Below, piece by piece: positions 16,374-25,485 of a stretch of DNA of 33,711 nt (position 1 is its first letter; every line of letters begins with the position of its first letter). The stretch lies in assembly GCA_964633315.1 (NCBI GenBank), contig CAZWGS010000051.1:1-33711 (forward strand), in the 5' to 3' direction. Origin of the DNA: an uncultured bacterium (lineage in GTDB: Bacteria > Cyanobacteriota > Cyanobacteriia > Cyanobacteriales > CAWCAG01). Below the pieces are notes generated by a model. The model saw nothing but the letters and a program-made list of their open reading frames with translations, did not search any database and was not told where the DNA came from. The position numbers and the translations under genes were made by a program.

Positions 16374-18425
16374 ATGGATGGTGCAACTAGATTCTCCCAT
16401 GCCCAGCTCTCACTTCCAAATTCTAGGGCTTGTTCAAAGACAACCCAAGCGTCTAGCAACCTTGACTCGGTTAATCAGCAAGAACAATCTGCTAGCCAAA
16501 TGCATCACCCAATAAATCCCCAAGACATCGGGCGACAAATTCTTCAGATTATTTTGGCTAACCAAGAGCCAACAATTTTGTTGTCGGAACTTGCCAGTAC
16601 TTTAGGAAAAATATGGCAAACTGATTGGTGTTTAGTGGTAGCAGGTGAAATAACAGCAACCAGCAGAGCGATTGGCTGTTGGTCTAGTCAAGGAGTGCTA
16701 ACAGAAAAGTCACAAATGGTAACATCTGTGCTGTGCCATCCTCTAGTCACGAAAAAGTTAGCGAGTGGTCAGTTGACACCAGTGGCTATCTCTCAATTGA
16801 GTACCACCAAAAATAGTAAGCAAGAGCCATTACCCTGTGAATCGCTTTTGCTGATGACATTTCAAACTTCATCTTTAAACCAAGGCGCTATTTTACTTGG
16901 TTACAATCAAAAGCATCAATGGACCGACTTGGAGAAGAATCTATTGCAACTTAGTAGCGATTCCTTAGCGATTGCTTTGTCTCAGGTAAACTTGCAATAT
17001 CGAGCTGATACCAAAGCACGCTATCAGATTTTACTTAATGAATTGGTGGAAGAAATTGGCCACAATTCGAACCTAGAGCAAATTCTCACTATCGCCCTCC
17101 ACAAGGTTATGGAAGCTCTGGAGGTAGACCAGGGAATTAGTCTACGCTTTAGATATAGTGGCTCTTCCCAACTCAATGATCTAGGAGGAATTCCTAGGGG
17201 TAAGGCCCAGATTATCTGTCAATTACCAAAAAAGCAAGCATCAGCCAAACCAAGCAAGTCTAGCTTCAAAATTGCTGATTCTTATCTGTGTCAACAGGCG
17301 TTGCAGCAAGCACCTCAACCGTTATTGTTCACTAACAAACAGGAGTTGAAGGAACTTGAGAAGCAGCAACAAGAAGCACTATTGTGGAACCCGAAAAAAA
17401 CTGGTTCGCTGCTAATGGTTCCGGTGATGGGGAGTCATGGCATTGAGTCTCAACCAGCTACTGTGTTAGGCTTCTTGCTACTGCAGGACAATCAAGCTCG
17501 TTGCTGGCAAACGGAGGAAGTTGAGGTTGCAAGATGGATTAGTAACCAAGCGAGTAAAGCGATTATCCATCACCAAACCCTACATCAGGTGCAGATGTTG
17601 GTGGAAGAGAGAACAACACAACTCAAAAGAAGCTTGGAAGTGCAAGCTAAACTGTACGAAAAAACCCGTCAGCATGTCGATCAATTGCGTCACCTCAATC
17701 AGCTTAAAGATGCCTTTCTAAGCACGGTTCAGGATGAGCTCAAACACCCTCTGACGAAGATGAAAATGGCAATTGAGATGTTGAAAATTGCCCCTGATAG
17801 CCAGAGACGAAAACGCCATTTAGAGATTTTGGAGTTGGAGTGTCACAAGGAAATTAGCCTGGTTAATGATTTACTAACACTGCAAAGATTAGAGTCACAC
17901 CAATATCGCACTAACCCACAAAAGTTAGACCTCAAGTTAATTGTCGGTGAACTAACTGAAGTTTTTGAGTCGGAATGGGGACACAAGCAATTAACCCTAG
18001 CTGTTAATTATCAAGCGAAGAAAAATCCAGAATCTTCCCTAACTCTCTACACTGACTCCGATAGCATCAGGCGTATACTCCAGGAACTTTTGAGCAATGC
18101 GGGCAGATTTTCTCCCCCGGATACCACTGTGAGTCTGGAAATTACCAGAAAATTGGCAGATGAAGGGGAGCAAATGCTTCTCAAGGTGACTAATATTGGT
18201 CCAGTAATCACTCCTGAAGAACAAGAATATATTTTTGATAAGTTTCGTCGTGGTAGAAATGTAGGGGGAGGAACTGCTCAAGGTACTGGTTTGGGTCTAG
18301 CTTTGGTTAAGTCCTTAGTGGAGTGCCTTAATGGCAAAATTGAAGTCTGGAGTAGTCCTTCTAAGGAGGGTCAAACGGCGCTAAACAGCTTTACCCTGAC
18401 TTTACCCCGTACTTTCCCAACTTAA
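16374..18425 (+). CDS. GAF-domain sensor histidine kinase with non-canonical H-box and G1 box
   Basis: Two GAF-like regions are followed by a coiled coil, a DHp helix FLSTVQDELKHPLT, an N-box LLSNAGRFS, and a G2 box GTGLGLALVKSLVE. The alternative start Met43 is at 16500. Confidence 0.8.
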   Translation: MDGATRFSHAQLSLPNSRACSKTTQASSNLDSVNQQEQSASQMHHPINPQDIGRQILQIILANQEPTILLSELASTLGKIWQTDWCLVVAGEITATSRAIGCWSSQGVLTEKSQMVTSVLCHPLVTKKLASGQLTPVAISQLSTTKNSKQEPLPCESLLLMTFQTSSLNQGAILLGYNQKHQWTDLEKNLLQLSSDSLAIALSQVNLQYRADTKARYQILLNELVEEIGHNSNLEQILTIALHKVMEALEVDQGISLRFRYSGSSQLNDLGGIPRGKAQIICQLPKKQASAKPSKSSFKIADSYLCQQALQQAPQPLLFTNKQELKELEKQQQEALLWNPKKTGSLLMVPVMGSHGIESQPATVLGFLLLQDNQARCWQTEEVEVARWISNQASKAIIHHQTLHQVQMLVEERTTQLKRSLEVQAKLYEKTRQHVDQLRHLNQLKDAFLSTVQDELKHPLTKMKMAIEMLKIAPDSQRRKRHLEILELECHKEISLVNDLLTLQRLESHQYRTNPQKLDLKLIVGELTEVFESEWGHKQLTLAVNYQAKKNPESSLTLYTDSDSIRRILQELLSNAGRFSPPDTTVSLEITRKLADEGEQMLLKVTNIGPVITPEEQEYIFDKFRRGRNVGGGTAQGTGLGLALVKSLVECLNGKIEVWSSPSKEGQTALNSFTLTLPRTFPT

Positions 18426-18550
18426 TCGGTAATTTTGGGGAATACGAAGGCTAAGTTAGGAAGTTAGATTGGGGTTGATAATAGGTATTTGAGCGTGATT
18501 CACTACTAATTATCTAGCCCAAATAGCTAACTACCGATTGTTGAGTCTTT

Positions 18551-20206
18551 ATGCGGCGAAGTAGGCAACCACTGAAATCTTCACCTCTAGCCAGGCAAGT
18601 TACCATTTTTCGAGTGACTAGTCAGCTTATTTTTGCCCTTGCTTGGGATCGCATTACAGGAAATAATACTTCTATTCAGCGAACTCGTCGCGCTCTGTGG
18701 TTAACTAATACTCTAATAGAATTAGGACCCACTTTTATTAAGATTGGACAAGCCCTATCTACTCGTGGTGATATTCTTCCTCTAGAATATGTCCAGGCTT
18801 TAGGAAAATTGCAAGACCAAGTGCCTGACTTTAGTAGTGAGAATGCAATTGCTATTGTAGAACAGGAGTTAGGCAATCCAATTAGTGCCCTCTTCCGGGA
18901 TTTTGAGCAACTACCCCTAGCCTGTGCTAGTCTTGGACAAGTACACCGCGCCCAACTACACACGGGGGAAGAGGTGGTGGTAAAAGTCCAGCGTCCAGGT
19001 TTAGAAGAAGTACTCAATCTGGATTTTGAGGTAATTCATCATGTCTTGCGTCTTGCCAATCGCTGGCTTCCTGGCTTGAGAAAGTATGAGTTGGAGGAAA
19101 TTTATCACGAATTCTTTGAATTACTTTACCAAGAAATTGACTATATCCACGAAGGCAAAAATGCTGACCGTTTTCGGCAAAATTTTTGTAGTCATCCCCG
19201 TGTAATTGTACCCACAGTTTATTGGCGCTACACCACCAAAAAGGTTTTAACTTTGGAGTATTTACCAGGGATTAAAATCGATGATACGAAAACTCTCCAA
19301 GACTACGGTATTCGACCCAATGAGGTGATTCAACTAGGAATTTGTTCCTATCTGAAACAACTTTTGCAAGATGGCTTTTTCCAGTCTGACCCCCATCCAG
19401 GCAACATGGCAGTGAGTCAGGAAGGGAATTTAATTTTCTATGATTTTGGCACGATGGCAGAGGTGAAATCCATGGCCAAAGAGCAAATGGTGAAGACTTT
19501 CTTTGCGGTGGTGAGAAAGGATACTGATGAGGTGGTTAATACTTTAACCTACATGGGACTGATTAAACCAGAACCGAATATGACTCCGGTGAAGCGTTTA
19601 GTCGCCTTTTTGCTGGAGAAATTTACCGACAAACCAGTTGATCTTAAGGCTTTTGATCAGGTGCGTTATGAGATTTATCTGATGTTTAAGCAACAGCCTT
19701 TTCGCTTACCAGCCCAAATGACATTTATACTCAAAGCCCTGACTACCCTTGATGGTATTGCCCGTGCTTTGAATCCACAATACAATCTCATGGCAGCAAG
19801 TCAGCCTTTTATTCAAAGTCTGACGGTTTCTGGTGGTAGAGGTCAGATGGTGAGACAATTAGCACGACAGACAAGTGATTTTGTACGTTACAAGCTACAG
19901 CAAACTAAACCTACAGAACTATTAGTACATCGTCTGGAAGCGAGAATTGAAGAGGCAGAATTGCAGATGAAGATGCACTCTGAAGCTAATGATCGCGCCC
20001 TGAAAAGACTCAATCTCGCCCTCAAGAGCCTAGTTTACGTCTGTTTGACTGGATTTACTCTCTTGGCAGGTACACTACTGTTAAATTTCCATTTGGGGGC
20101 AGCGGTGTTTATTTTCAGTATTTCTGGTGTCTCTTTTCTCATTTTGTTGCGCTACCTAATTTCCCTGGCGATTCGGGAAAGGTTGGATCGCTTGGCGCAT
20201 AAGTAG
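18551..20206 (+). CDS. ABC1/UbiB (AarF) atypical kinase family protein
   Basis: LGPTFIKIGQALSTRGDILPLEYVQAL, ASLGQVHRAQL, DPHPGNMAV and YDFG are all present, plus C-terminal TM helices. Confidence 0.9.
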   Translation: MRRSRQPLKSSPLARQVTIFRVTSQLIFALAWDRITGNNTSIQRTRRALWLTNTLIELGPTFIKIGQALSTRGDILPLEYVQALGKLQDQVPDFSSENAIAIVEQELGNPISALFRDFEQLPLACASLGQVHRAQLHTGEEVVVKVQRPGLEEVLNLDFEVIHHVLRLANRWLPGLRKYELEEIYHEFFELLYQEIDYIHEGKNADRFRQNFCSHPRVIVPTVYWRYTTKKVLTLEYLPGIKIDDTKTLQDYGIRPNEVIQLGICSYLKQLLQDGFFQSDPHPGNMAVSQEGNLIFYDFGTMAEVKSMAKEQMVKTFFAVVRKDTDEVVNTLTYMGLIKPEPNMTPVKRLVAFLLEKFTDKPVDLKAFDQVRYEIYLMFKQQPFRLPAQMTFILKALTTLDGIARALNPQYNLMAASQPFIQSLTVSGGRGQMVRQLARQTSDFVRYKLQQTKPTELLVHRLEARIEEAELQMKMHSEANDRALKRLNLALKSLVYVCLTGFTLLAGTLLLNFHLGAAVFIFSISGVSFLILLRYLISLAIRERLDRLAHK

Positions 20207-20220
20207 TTTCCAGGTTTAGC

Positions 20221-21189
20221 TTATTGCAAGCCGATTCCGGTGTCAGATAAGTGTGTTATCCAAAACTCCAAATCTGGATCCGCCATCGCAGCCTCTACCT
20301 CTTGTTTTACCTGTTGTGCTTGTGTCTGAGATTGGCATAAAGCAAACACTGTGGGACCAGAACCAGACATCATTGTACCTAAAGTTTCTGAGCGTTCGAA
20401 AGCCGCTTTTAATTTGGCTACCTGGGGAAATTCTGGTAATACTACTTTCTCTAAATCATTGTGCAACAGTTTCCCTAATTGATCATCTTTTTTGTGGACA
20501 ATGGCGCTGACTAAGGGACTAGAGTGTACCTTATAGGTACGAGATTGCACCGCCTCTATATCGGTAATGTAGGTTTGGTGGAATTGCTGACGATAGCTGG
20601 TATACGCCCAAGCAGTGGACACAGAGATATTCTTATATTTAGCTAAAACCACAGCTAAATGATGGGGACTAGTGAGAGGATCTAATTGTTCACCTCTACC
20701 TGTAGCAATTGCTGTACCACCAGAGAGACAAAAGGGAATATCCGAACCAATTTTAGCTGCTAAAACTTGCAATTCTGGCTGGGTTAAACCTAATTTCCAG
20801 ATCAGATTAATTCCTACGAAAACAGCTGCTGCATCGGTTGACCCCCCAGCTAAACCAGCAGCAACAGGAATGTTTTTCTCAATGGTAATGTCCATGCCAC
20901 CATAGTTAGCAAAAGCATCAGCAAATTCTGTTGCCATTAATTTTGCTGCTTTGTAGGCAAGATTACTTTCATTAATGGGTACTTGAGGATGATTGCAGTG
21001 AATTTTGAATTCTTGTGTACCGTTGGCAGAAATTTCTATTCGATCTGCTAATCCAATGCTTTGCAAAATCATTACTAACTCATGATAACCACCGCCACCT
21101 CCTGGAGTTGTTTGATTTGTTTGCAGATCTCCAATTATTTCTAAATAAAGGTTAATTTTAGCTGGAGCAATTAAAGAATAGGTTTTCAT
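20221..21189 (-). CDS. ispE: 4-diphosphocytidyl-2-C-methyl-D-erythritol kinase
   Basis: A GHMP kinase. It has APAKINLYLEIIG...GYHEL and the ATP loop PVAAGLAGGSTDAAA, followed by MSGSGPTVFAL. Confidence 0.93.
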   Translation of the reverse strand: MKTYSLIAPAKINLYLEIIGDLQTNQTTPGGGGGYHELVMILQSIGLADRIEISANGTQEFKIHCNHPQVPINESNLAYKAAKLMATEFADAFANYGGMDITIEKNIPVAAGLAGGSTDAAAVFVGINLIWKLGLTQPELQVLAAKIGSDIPFCLSGGTAIATGRGEQLDPLTSPHHLAVVLAKYKNISVSTAWAYTSYRQQFHQTYITDIEAVQSRTYKVHSSPLVSAIVHKKDDQLGKLLHNDLEKVVLPEFPQVAKLKAAFERSETLGTMMSGSGPTVFALCQSQTQAQQVKQEVEAAMADPDLEFWITHLSDTGIGLQ

Positions 21190-21284
21190 AAAATTGGATT
21201 TTGAGGAGTTTAGAGTGCAAAGAATTATATCAACAAGCGATTACCGATTACCTCGATACCTCGTTGATGGATTCAAAAAAACAA

Positions 21285-21301
21285 CAACCAACAACAAATA
21301 A
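21285..21301. repeat. 17-nt repeat module CAACCAACAACAAATAA
   Basis: It is identical to 32247-32263, which lies inside the heptamer tract of repeat copy A2. Here it sits in the ispE / M48 intergenic spacer. Confidence 0.6.
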
Positions 21302-21311
21302 TCAACAATAA

Positions 21312-22175
21312 CTAAAGACGAGGTGAGACGATGCGGGCAAAACGTTGTTCACCATCCTCCAAGTTAGCAGGAATGCTATTACCGTAGGCTTGGGCAATTA
21401 AACCTTGTAATTCCTCCACTCGATTGGCTGGATTGGGATGACTACTGAAAAATTCTGGTGGTTGGTTTCCACGATTGGCAGCAGCGAGAATGCCCATCAA
21501 TTCTACCAGTCCCTGGGGATTATAGCCTGCTTCGGTCATGAAAAGAAAGCCAAGTCGGTCACTTTCTAATTCATCTTCACGTCCGTATTTCAGGTTTACC
21601 ATCTGATTCACCGCTTGAGCAATTATCGCAGCTTGACGACCGCCATCGGAACCATCACTAGCGGCTACTCCCACAGCATTCACTAAAGCTGCACCCAGTT
21701 GTTGTTTTGCCAAATGTTCCGCGCCATGTCTGGCGATCACATGAGCAATTTCATGTCCCAAAACTCCTGCTAGCTGGGCTTCTGAGTTGAGGCGGGAGAG
21801 TAAAGCGGCGGTGATGAATACCTGTCCACCAGGTAAGGCGAAAGCATTGATGGTGCGAGGATCTCTGAGGAGGTGGAATTCAAAGGGATAGTCAGATTTT
21901 CTGGCGACTGACTGTTGCAAAAGACGTTTCCCCACATTATCAACATAGTTTTGCAGGGTATTATCGGGATAGAGACCACCATGTTGTTGTGCTAGTTGAT
22001 CGCGCGATTGTAAACCCAACTGTACCTCTTGACGCGGTGAAATTTGAATGCGCTGCACTTCTCCAGTAATTGGGTTTTCTGTCACATTGCTGTAGTAGTT
22101 GAACAAGGCAAACAGAGCAAATAATAAGCCAATGCCAAGACGAAAAATTAGTTTACGCACCTTGTTGTTTCCCAA
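21312..22175 (-). CDS. M48 family zinc metallopeptidase, N-terminally membrane-anchored
   Basis: Carries the HEIAHVIARH (HExxH) zinc motif, a downstream ELESDRLG, and an N-terminal TM segment LIFRLGIGLLFALFALFNYY. Confidence 0.85.
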   Translation of the reverse strand: MGNNKVRKLIFRLGIGLLFALFALFNYYSNVTENPITGEVQRIQISPRQEVQLGLQSRDQLAQQHGGLYPDNTLQNYVDNVGKRLLQQSVARKSDYPFEFHLLRDPRTINAFALPGGQVFITAALLSRLNSEAQLAGVLGHEIAHVIARHGAEHLAKQQLGAALVNAVGVAASDGSDGGRQAAIIAQAVNQMVNLKYGREDELESDRLGFLFMTEAGYNPQGLVELMGILAAANRGNQPPEFFSSHPNPANRVEELQGLIAQAYGNSIPANLEDGEQRFARIVSPRL

Positions 22176-22253
22176 TGCTATGGCACAAATATTACCACAG
22201 GCAAAATAGCTGTAGAAACATATAATTTTACGTTTCTACTTTTTAATTTTTTT

Positions 22254-23459
22254 TTAAACGAAACGATGTCTAAATTCGTAGGTTAAGTCCACCCTTCCTT
22301 TGCGTAAAACGGCGGGATCGAGTCTAGAAATAGTATTACATGTCATTAATACCACCAATCTTTGCAGGGTCTGATTTGCCCTATCATCAATAACACTTTT
22401 ATATAAAGTGCCATCAAGTAAACTCAGAATATGCTCAGTTTTATTATTTCCTTGGGCAGCACTCGAAGCGCGATCTTGAGCTAAATTATCTGCCTCATTA
22501 ATAATGATACAAATGCGTTGCAGATAACTAGGTGGCACAAAGTTTTCTACCGCATCATGATCAAGAATAAAAATCACATATCCTAAGGGAACCATCACTT
22601 CTTTTGCTACTGCTTGAGTCCAAGCCGTTTTGCCCGTTCCTGGTTCTCCATAAACCAAAACAGCTAAAGGAGTTTGGTCTAGCACTGCTTGCTGAACTGT
22701 ATCAGTAAATTTTTGAATATCCTCAGGAAAAGAACGAATTGGATACTGACTAAAAACTTGACCAACACGGCTTTGATAGCCACTTAGCATCACTGCTAAA
22801 TTGTAGGTTGCCTTATCAATTAAAGATTGCATATTTTGGGACATGACAACATAGCAATATTTATCACGCTCAACAGTGTAAATTTCTAGCCAGACCTGAT
22901 ATTTAGACCAATAGCCATAGACATCTCCCAGGATTTCTAACTTGTCCCATTTCAGAAAACGCTCCACGGGATAATAAAATTGCCTATTTTTATATTCTTG
23001 AGTTATTAAATCAGGACGACCCAGGATATCTAAAACTTTAAATAGAGTGATTTCTTGGAGGCGATTGAGAACATAATCAATGGGAATACTGCTGCGACTT
23101 ACTAATTGTTTCACCGGGGTTTCTACACGCAAAACCTCACCCAAACGGCGATCTGGTAATAATGGCTCTGGTGTTAAATAATCCATGAATTCATCAAATT
23201 CATAGCGCATATCCTCAGAAAAAACATTGAGAATATTAGACCACCAAGCATAGTGTTGACGGCCTAAGGCATCAGCGACATCACTAGAAAAATCAAGGGT
23301 TTTCTGAATTAATTCCTGAGAATCATGGGTAACTAAATGCCAGAAAAAATCCCAATCAAATTGTCTTTCCAGTGGTCGCCATCCTGCTCCTAGTAAACCT
23401 TGATTATTTTTGTTATTTTCCCCATTATTCTGGGAATGCCAATTTAATCCAGAACCCAT
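22254..23459 (-). CDS. Classic-clade AAA ATPase with an uncharacterised ~250-aa N-terminal domain
   Basis: Walker A is GEPGTGKT and the Walker B region is CIIINEADNL. The second region of homology is TCNTISRLDPAVLRKGRVD (compare ATNRPxxLDPALLRPGRFD). I do not recognise the N-terminal domain. Confidence 0.8.
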   Translation of the reverse strand: MGSGLNWHSQNNGENNKNNQGLLGAGWRPLERQFDWDFFWHLVTHDSQELIQKTLDFSSDVADALGRQHYAWWSNILNVFSEDMRYEFDEFMDYLTPEPLLPDRRLGEVLRVETPVKQLVSRSSIPIDYVLNRLQEITLFKVLDILGRPDLITQEYKNRQFYYPVERFLKWDKLEILGDVYGYWSKYQVWLEIYTVERDKYCYVVMSQNMQSLIDKATYNLAVMLSGYQSRVGQVFSQYPIRSFPEDIQKFTDTVQQAVLDQTPLAVLVYGEPGTGKTAWTQAVAKEVMVPLGYVIFILDHDAVENFVPPSYLQRICIIINEADNLAQDRASSAAQGNNKTEHILSLLDGTLYKSVIDDRANQTLQRLVVLMTCNTISRLDPAVLRKGRVDLTYEFRHRFV

Positions 23460-23563
23460 AAATCTCTTTTTATTGTATTACTATATAATACACAAAAAAA
23501 ATTCTCTCTAGCCTAGTCCGTGGCACGATGGAATAATAGAGCAATTAGTTACAATCATCTACT

Positions 23564-24982
23564 ATGACTGATGACTCAATAAATTTAGCCTTTACATCAG
23601 CCCTAGAACAGGCCAAACTAATTCGTGAACGTCAAATCTCACCTCAAGATTTAGTTAGCTTGTATCTAGATCGTATTGATCGCTTCAATCCTCAATTAGG
23701 AAGTTTTTTTACTATCGCTGCAGAAAAATCTCTAACCGAAGCAAAGCAAAAAACAGAACAACTAGCACACACCAAAGAATTAGCTCAATTACCACCCTTT
23801 TTTGGTGTACCGATTGCGATTAAAGACTTAAATTCAGTGGTGGGAATGCCTCTTTCCTACGGAACTGTAGCATTAAAAGATAACATTGCCAGCTACGATG
23901 ATGGAGTAGTCAGCCGCATCAAACAGGCTGGATTTATTATTATTGGCAAAACCGCCACCTCAGAAATCGGTTCTTTGCCCTACACTGAACCTATGCACTT
24001 TCCCCCAGCACGCAACCCTTGGAATCTAGAGTATACAGCAGGAGGTTCCAGTGGCGGCGCAGCAGCAGCAGTGGCTGCCGGTTTATGCCCCATAGCCCAA
24101 GGTTCTGATGCTGGAGGGTCAATTAGAGGTCCAGCTAATTGCTGTGGCTTGGTGGGGCTAAAACCAGCCAGAGGGAGGATTTCCCATGCCCCTTTGGGTA
24201 ACTATCAAAGTGGTATTTCTGTGAATGGTCCTTTGGCGCGCAATGTTAGCGATGCAGCAGCTTTTTTAGATGTTACCTCTGGTTATATTACAGGCGATCC
24301 TTACTGGCTAGAGCTACCAGAAACTTCTTTTTTAGATGCAACTCGCCAAGCGCCTCGTCAATTACGCATTGCTTTCAGCACCAATATTTCTCCTGTGGGA
24401 GAAGCAGCGCCTAAATATCAGCAGGCTGTTAATAACACAGCCAAAATTTTAGAACAGATGGGTCATATTTTAGAGCCCAATTGTCCCGATTTTGAGGAAT
24501 TAGTCGAGCCTTTTATCAAAGTTTGGCAGGCGGGAGTAGCTTCTGCTGGCTTACCCTCAGAAGCCCTGAGTCCGATGAATCGCTGGATAGCATCACAATC
24601 TGGTTCTGCGGGAGAATACTTGCAGGCGGTGAGTAAAATGCAGATAGTATCGAGGAAGATTGTGGCTTTCTTCAATGATTATGATGTGCTGCTATTACCT
24701 ACCTATATGCACTCCACCATTCGCGTTGGTGAGTGGGCAAATTTAACTCCCCAAGAAACCCTAGAAAAAATTATCCAATGGATCGCACCTTGTCCTCCAG
24801 TCAATGCTAGTGGTTTACCTGCTATTTCCCTACCCGCAGGTTTTAATGACCAAGGTTTGCCTTTAGGGATTCAATTAGTAGGAAAACCAGCCGCTGAAGC
24901 TACTTTACTATCTCTGGCAGCACAAATTGAAATAGCGCAGCCTTGGAGTCAATATCGTCCTCAATTGGAATTCTCGTTGTAG
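23564..24982 (+). CDS. Amidase-signature family amidase
   Basis: Contains the AS signature GGSSGGAAAAVAAGLCPIAQGSDAGGSIRGPA. The 472-aa length is typical of the family. Confidence 0.9.
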   Translation: MTDDSINLAFTSALEQAKLIRERQISPQDLVSLYLDRIDRFNPQLGSFFTIAAEKSLTEAKQKTEQLAHTKELAQLPPFFGVPIAIKDLNSVVGMPLSYGTVALKDNIASYDDGVVSRIKQAGFIIIGKTATSEIGSLPYTEPMHFPPARNPWNLEYTAGGSSGGAAAAVAAGLCPIAQGSDAGGSIRGPANCCGLVGLKPARGRISHAPLGNYQSGISVNGPLARNVSDAAAFLDVTSGYITGDPYWLELPETSFLDATRQAPRQLRIAFSTNISPVGEAAPKYQQAVNNTAKILEQMGHILEPNCPDFEELVEPFIKVWQAGVASAGLPSEALSPMNRWIASQSGSAGEYLQAVSKMQIVSRKIVAFFNDYDVLLLPTYMHSTIRVGEWANLTPQETLEKIIQWIAPCPPVNASGLPAISLPAGFNDQGLPLGIQLVGKPAAEATLLSLAAQIEIAQPWSQYRPQLEFSL

Positions 24983-25020
24983 GGACGTAATATGTTACGT
25001 CCCCACACATGTTACGTCCC
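24982..25020. repeat. Palindromic GGGACGTAA/TTACGTCCC hairpin repeat plus an extra half-site, filling the whole convergent intergenic gap
   Basis: A 9-bp perfect stem, 24982-24990 with 24995-25003, carries a TATG loop. A second ATGTTACGTCCC lies at 25009-25020. Related copies are at 31234-31253 (a 20-nt perfect palindrome) and at 2781-2790 (half-site). No U-tract follows, so a terminator role is uncertain. Confidence 0.7.
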
Positions 25021-25478
25021 TACTGGTAATGTTGTTTAATCTGCTCCATAAACTGTTGCCAAATGGGATTGGGAGTCCAAATTTTTTTCACATCCTCCCA
25101 GGCTTCTGATTCACTGATATCTTGGGAAATTAGTCGGTAAAGATACATAAAGGCAGAAACTCTCATGTTGGCAATGCAGTGGACAAAAACTAATTTGTCG
25201 CTGTTAGCTTCCATGACGCGTACAAATTCCTGAAAATTCTCCAGAGTTGGTTGCTCCCAAACCACGGGAATCGCAATATAGTCTAGTTGCAAAGCTTGGA
25301 CAATTTCTGCTTCATTTGCCAAAGCCTCTTTTGAGGAAGGCATAGCTAAGTTAACCACTACCTGATATCCAGCATCAGCAATAGCGGAAAATTGCTGCGG
25401 GGTGGGTTGTCCCGCAGTAGCAATAGAATCAGAAAAGGGAAAAAAGTTGTAAATTTTCTCCAGTTGCTCGTTTGCCAT
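25020..25478 (-). CDS. DUF442-type PTP-fold (dual-specificity-phosphatase-like) protein
   Basis: It has SIATAGQPTPQQFSAIADAGYQVVVNL and the loop VHCIANMRVS (Cys-X4-Arg), as in the DUF442/Blh N-terminal family. It lies 7 nt downstream of the receiver-kinase gene. Confidence 0.65.
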   Translation of the reverse strand: MANEQLEKIYNFFPFSDSIATAGQPTPQQFSAIADAGYQVVVNLAMPSSKEALANEAEIVQALQLDYIAIPVVWEQPTLENFQEFVRVMEANSDKLVFVHCIANMRVSAFMYLYRLISQDISESEAWEDVKKIWTPNPIWQQFMEQIKQHYQ

Positions 25479-25485
25479 CGGATTT

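Noticed and set aside
18424-18538. AATCGGTA (18424-18431) and TACCGATT (18531-18538) inverted 8-mers, plus AATCGGTAAT recurring at ~6133 and in reverse complement at ~21245
   Set aside because: The matches are short, AT-moderate words with no extended similarity around them. They are compatible with chance or a trivial oligonucleotide bias.
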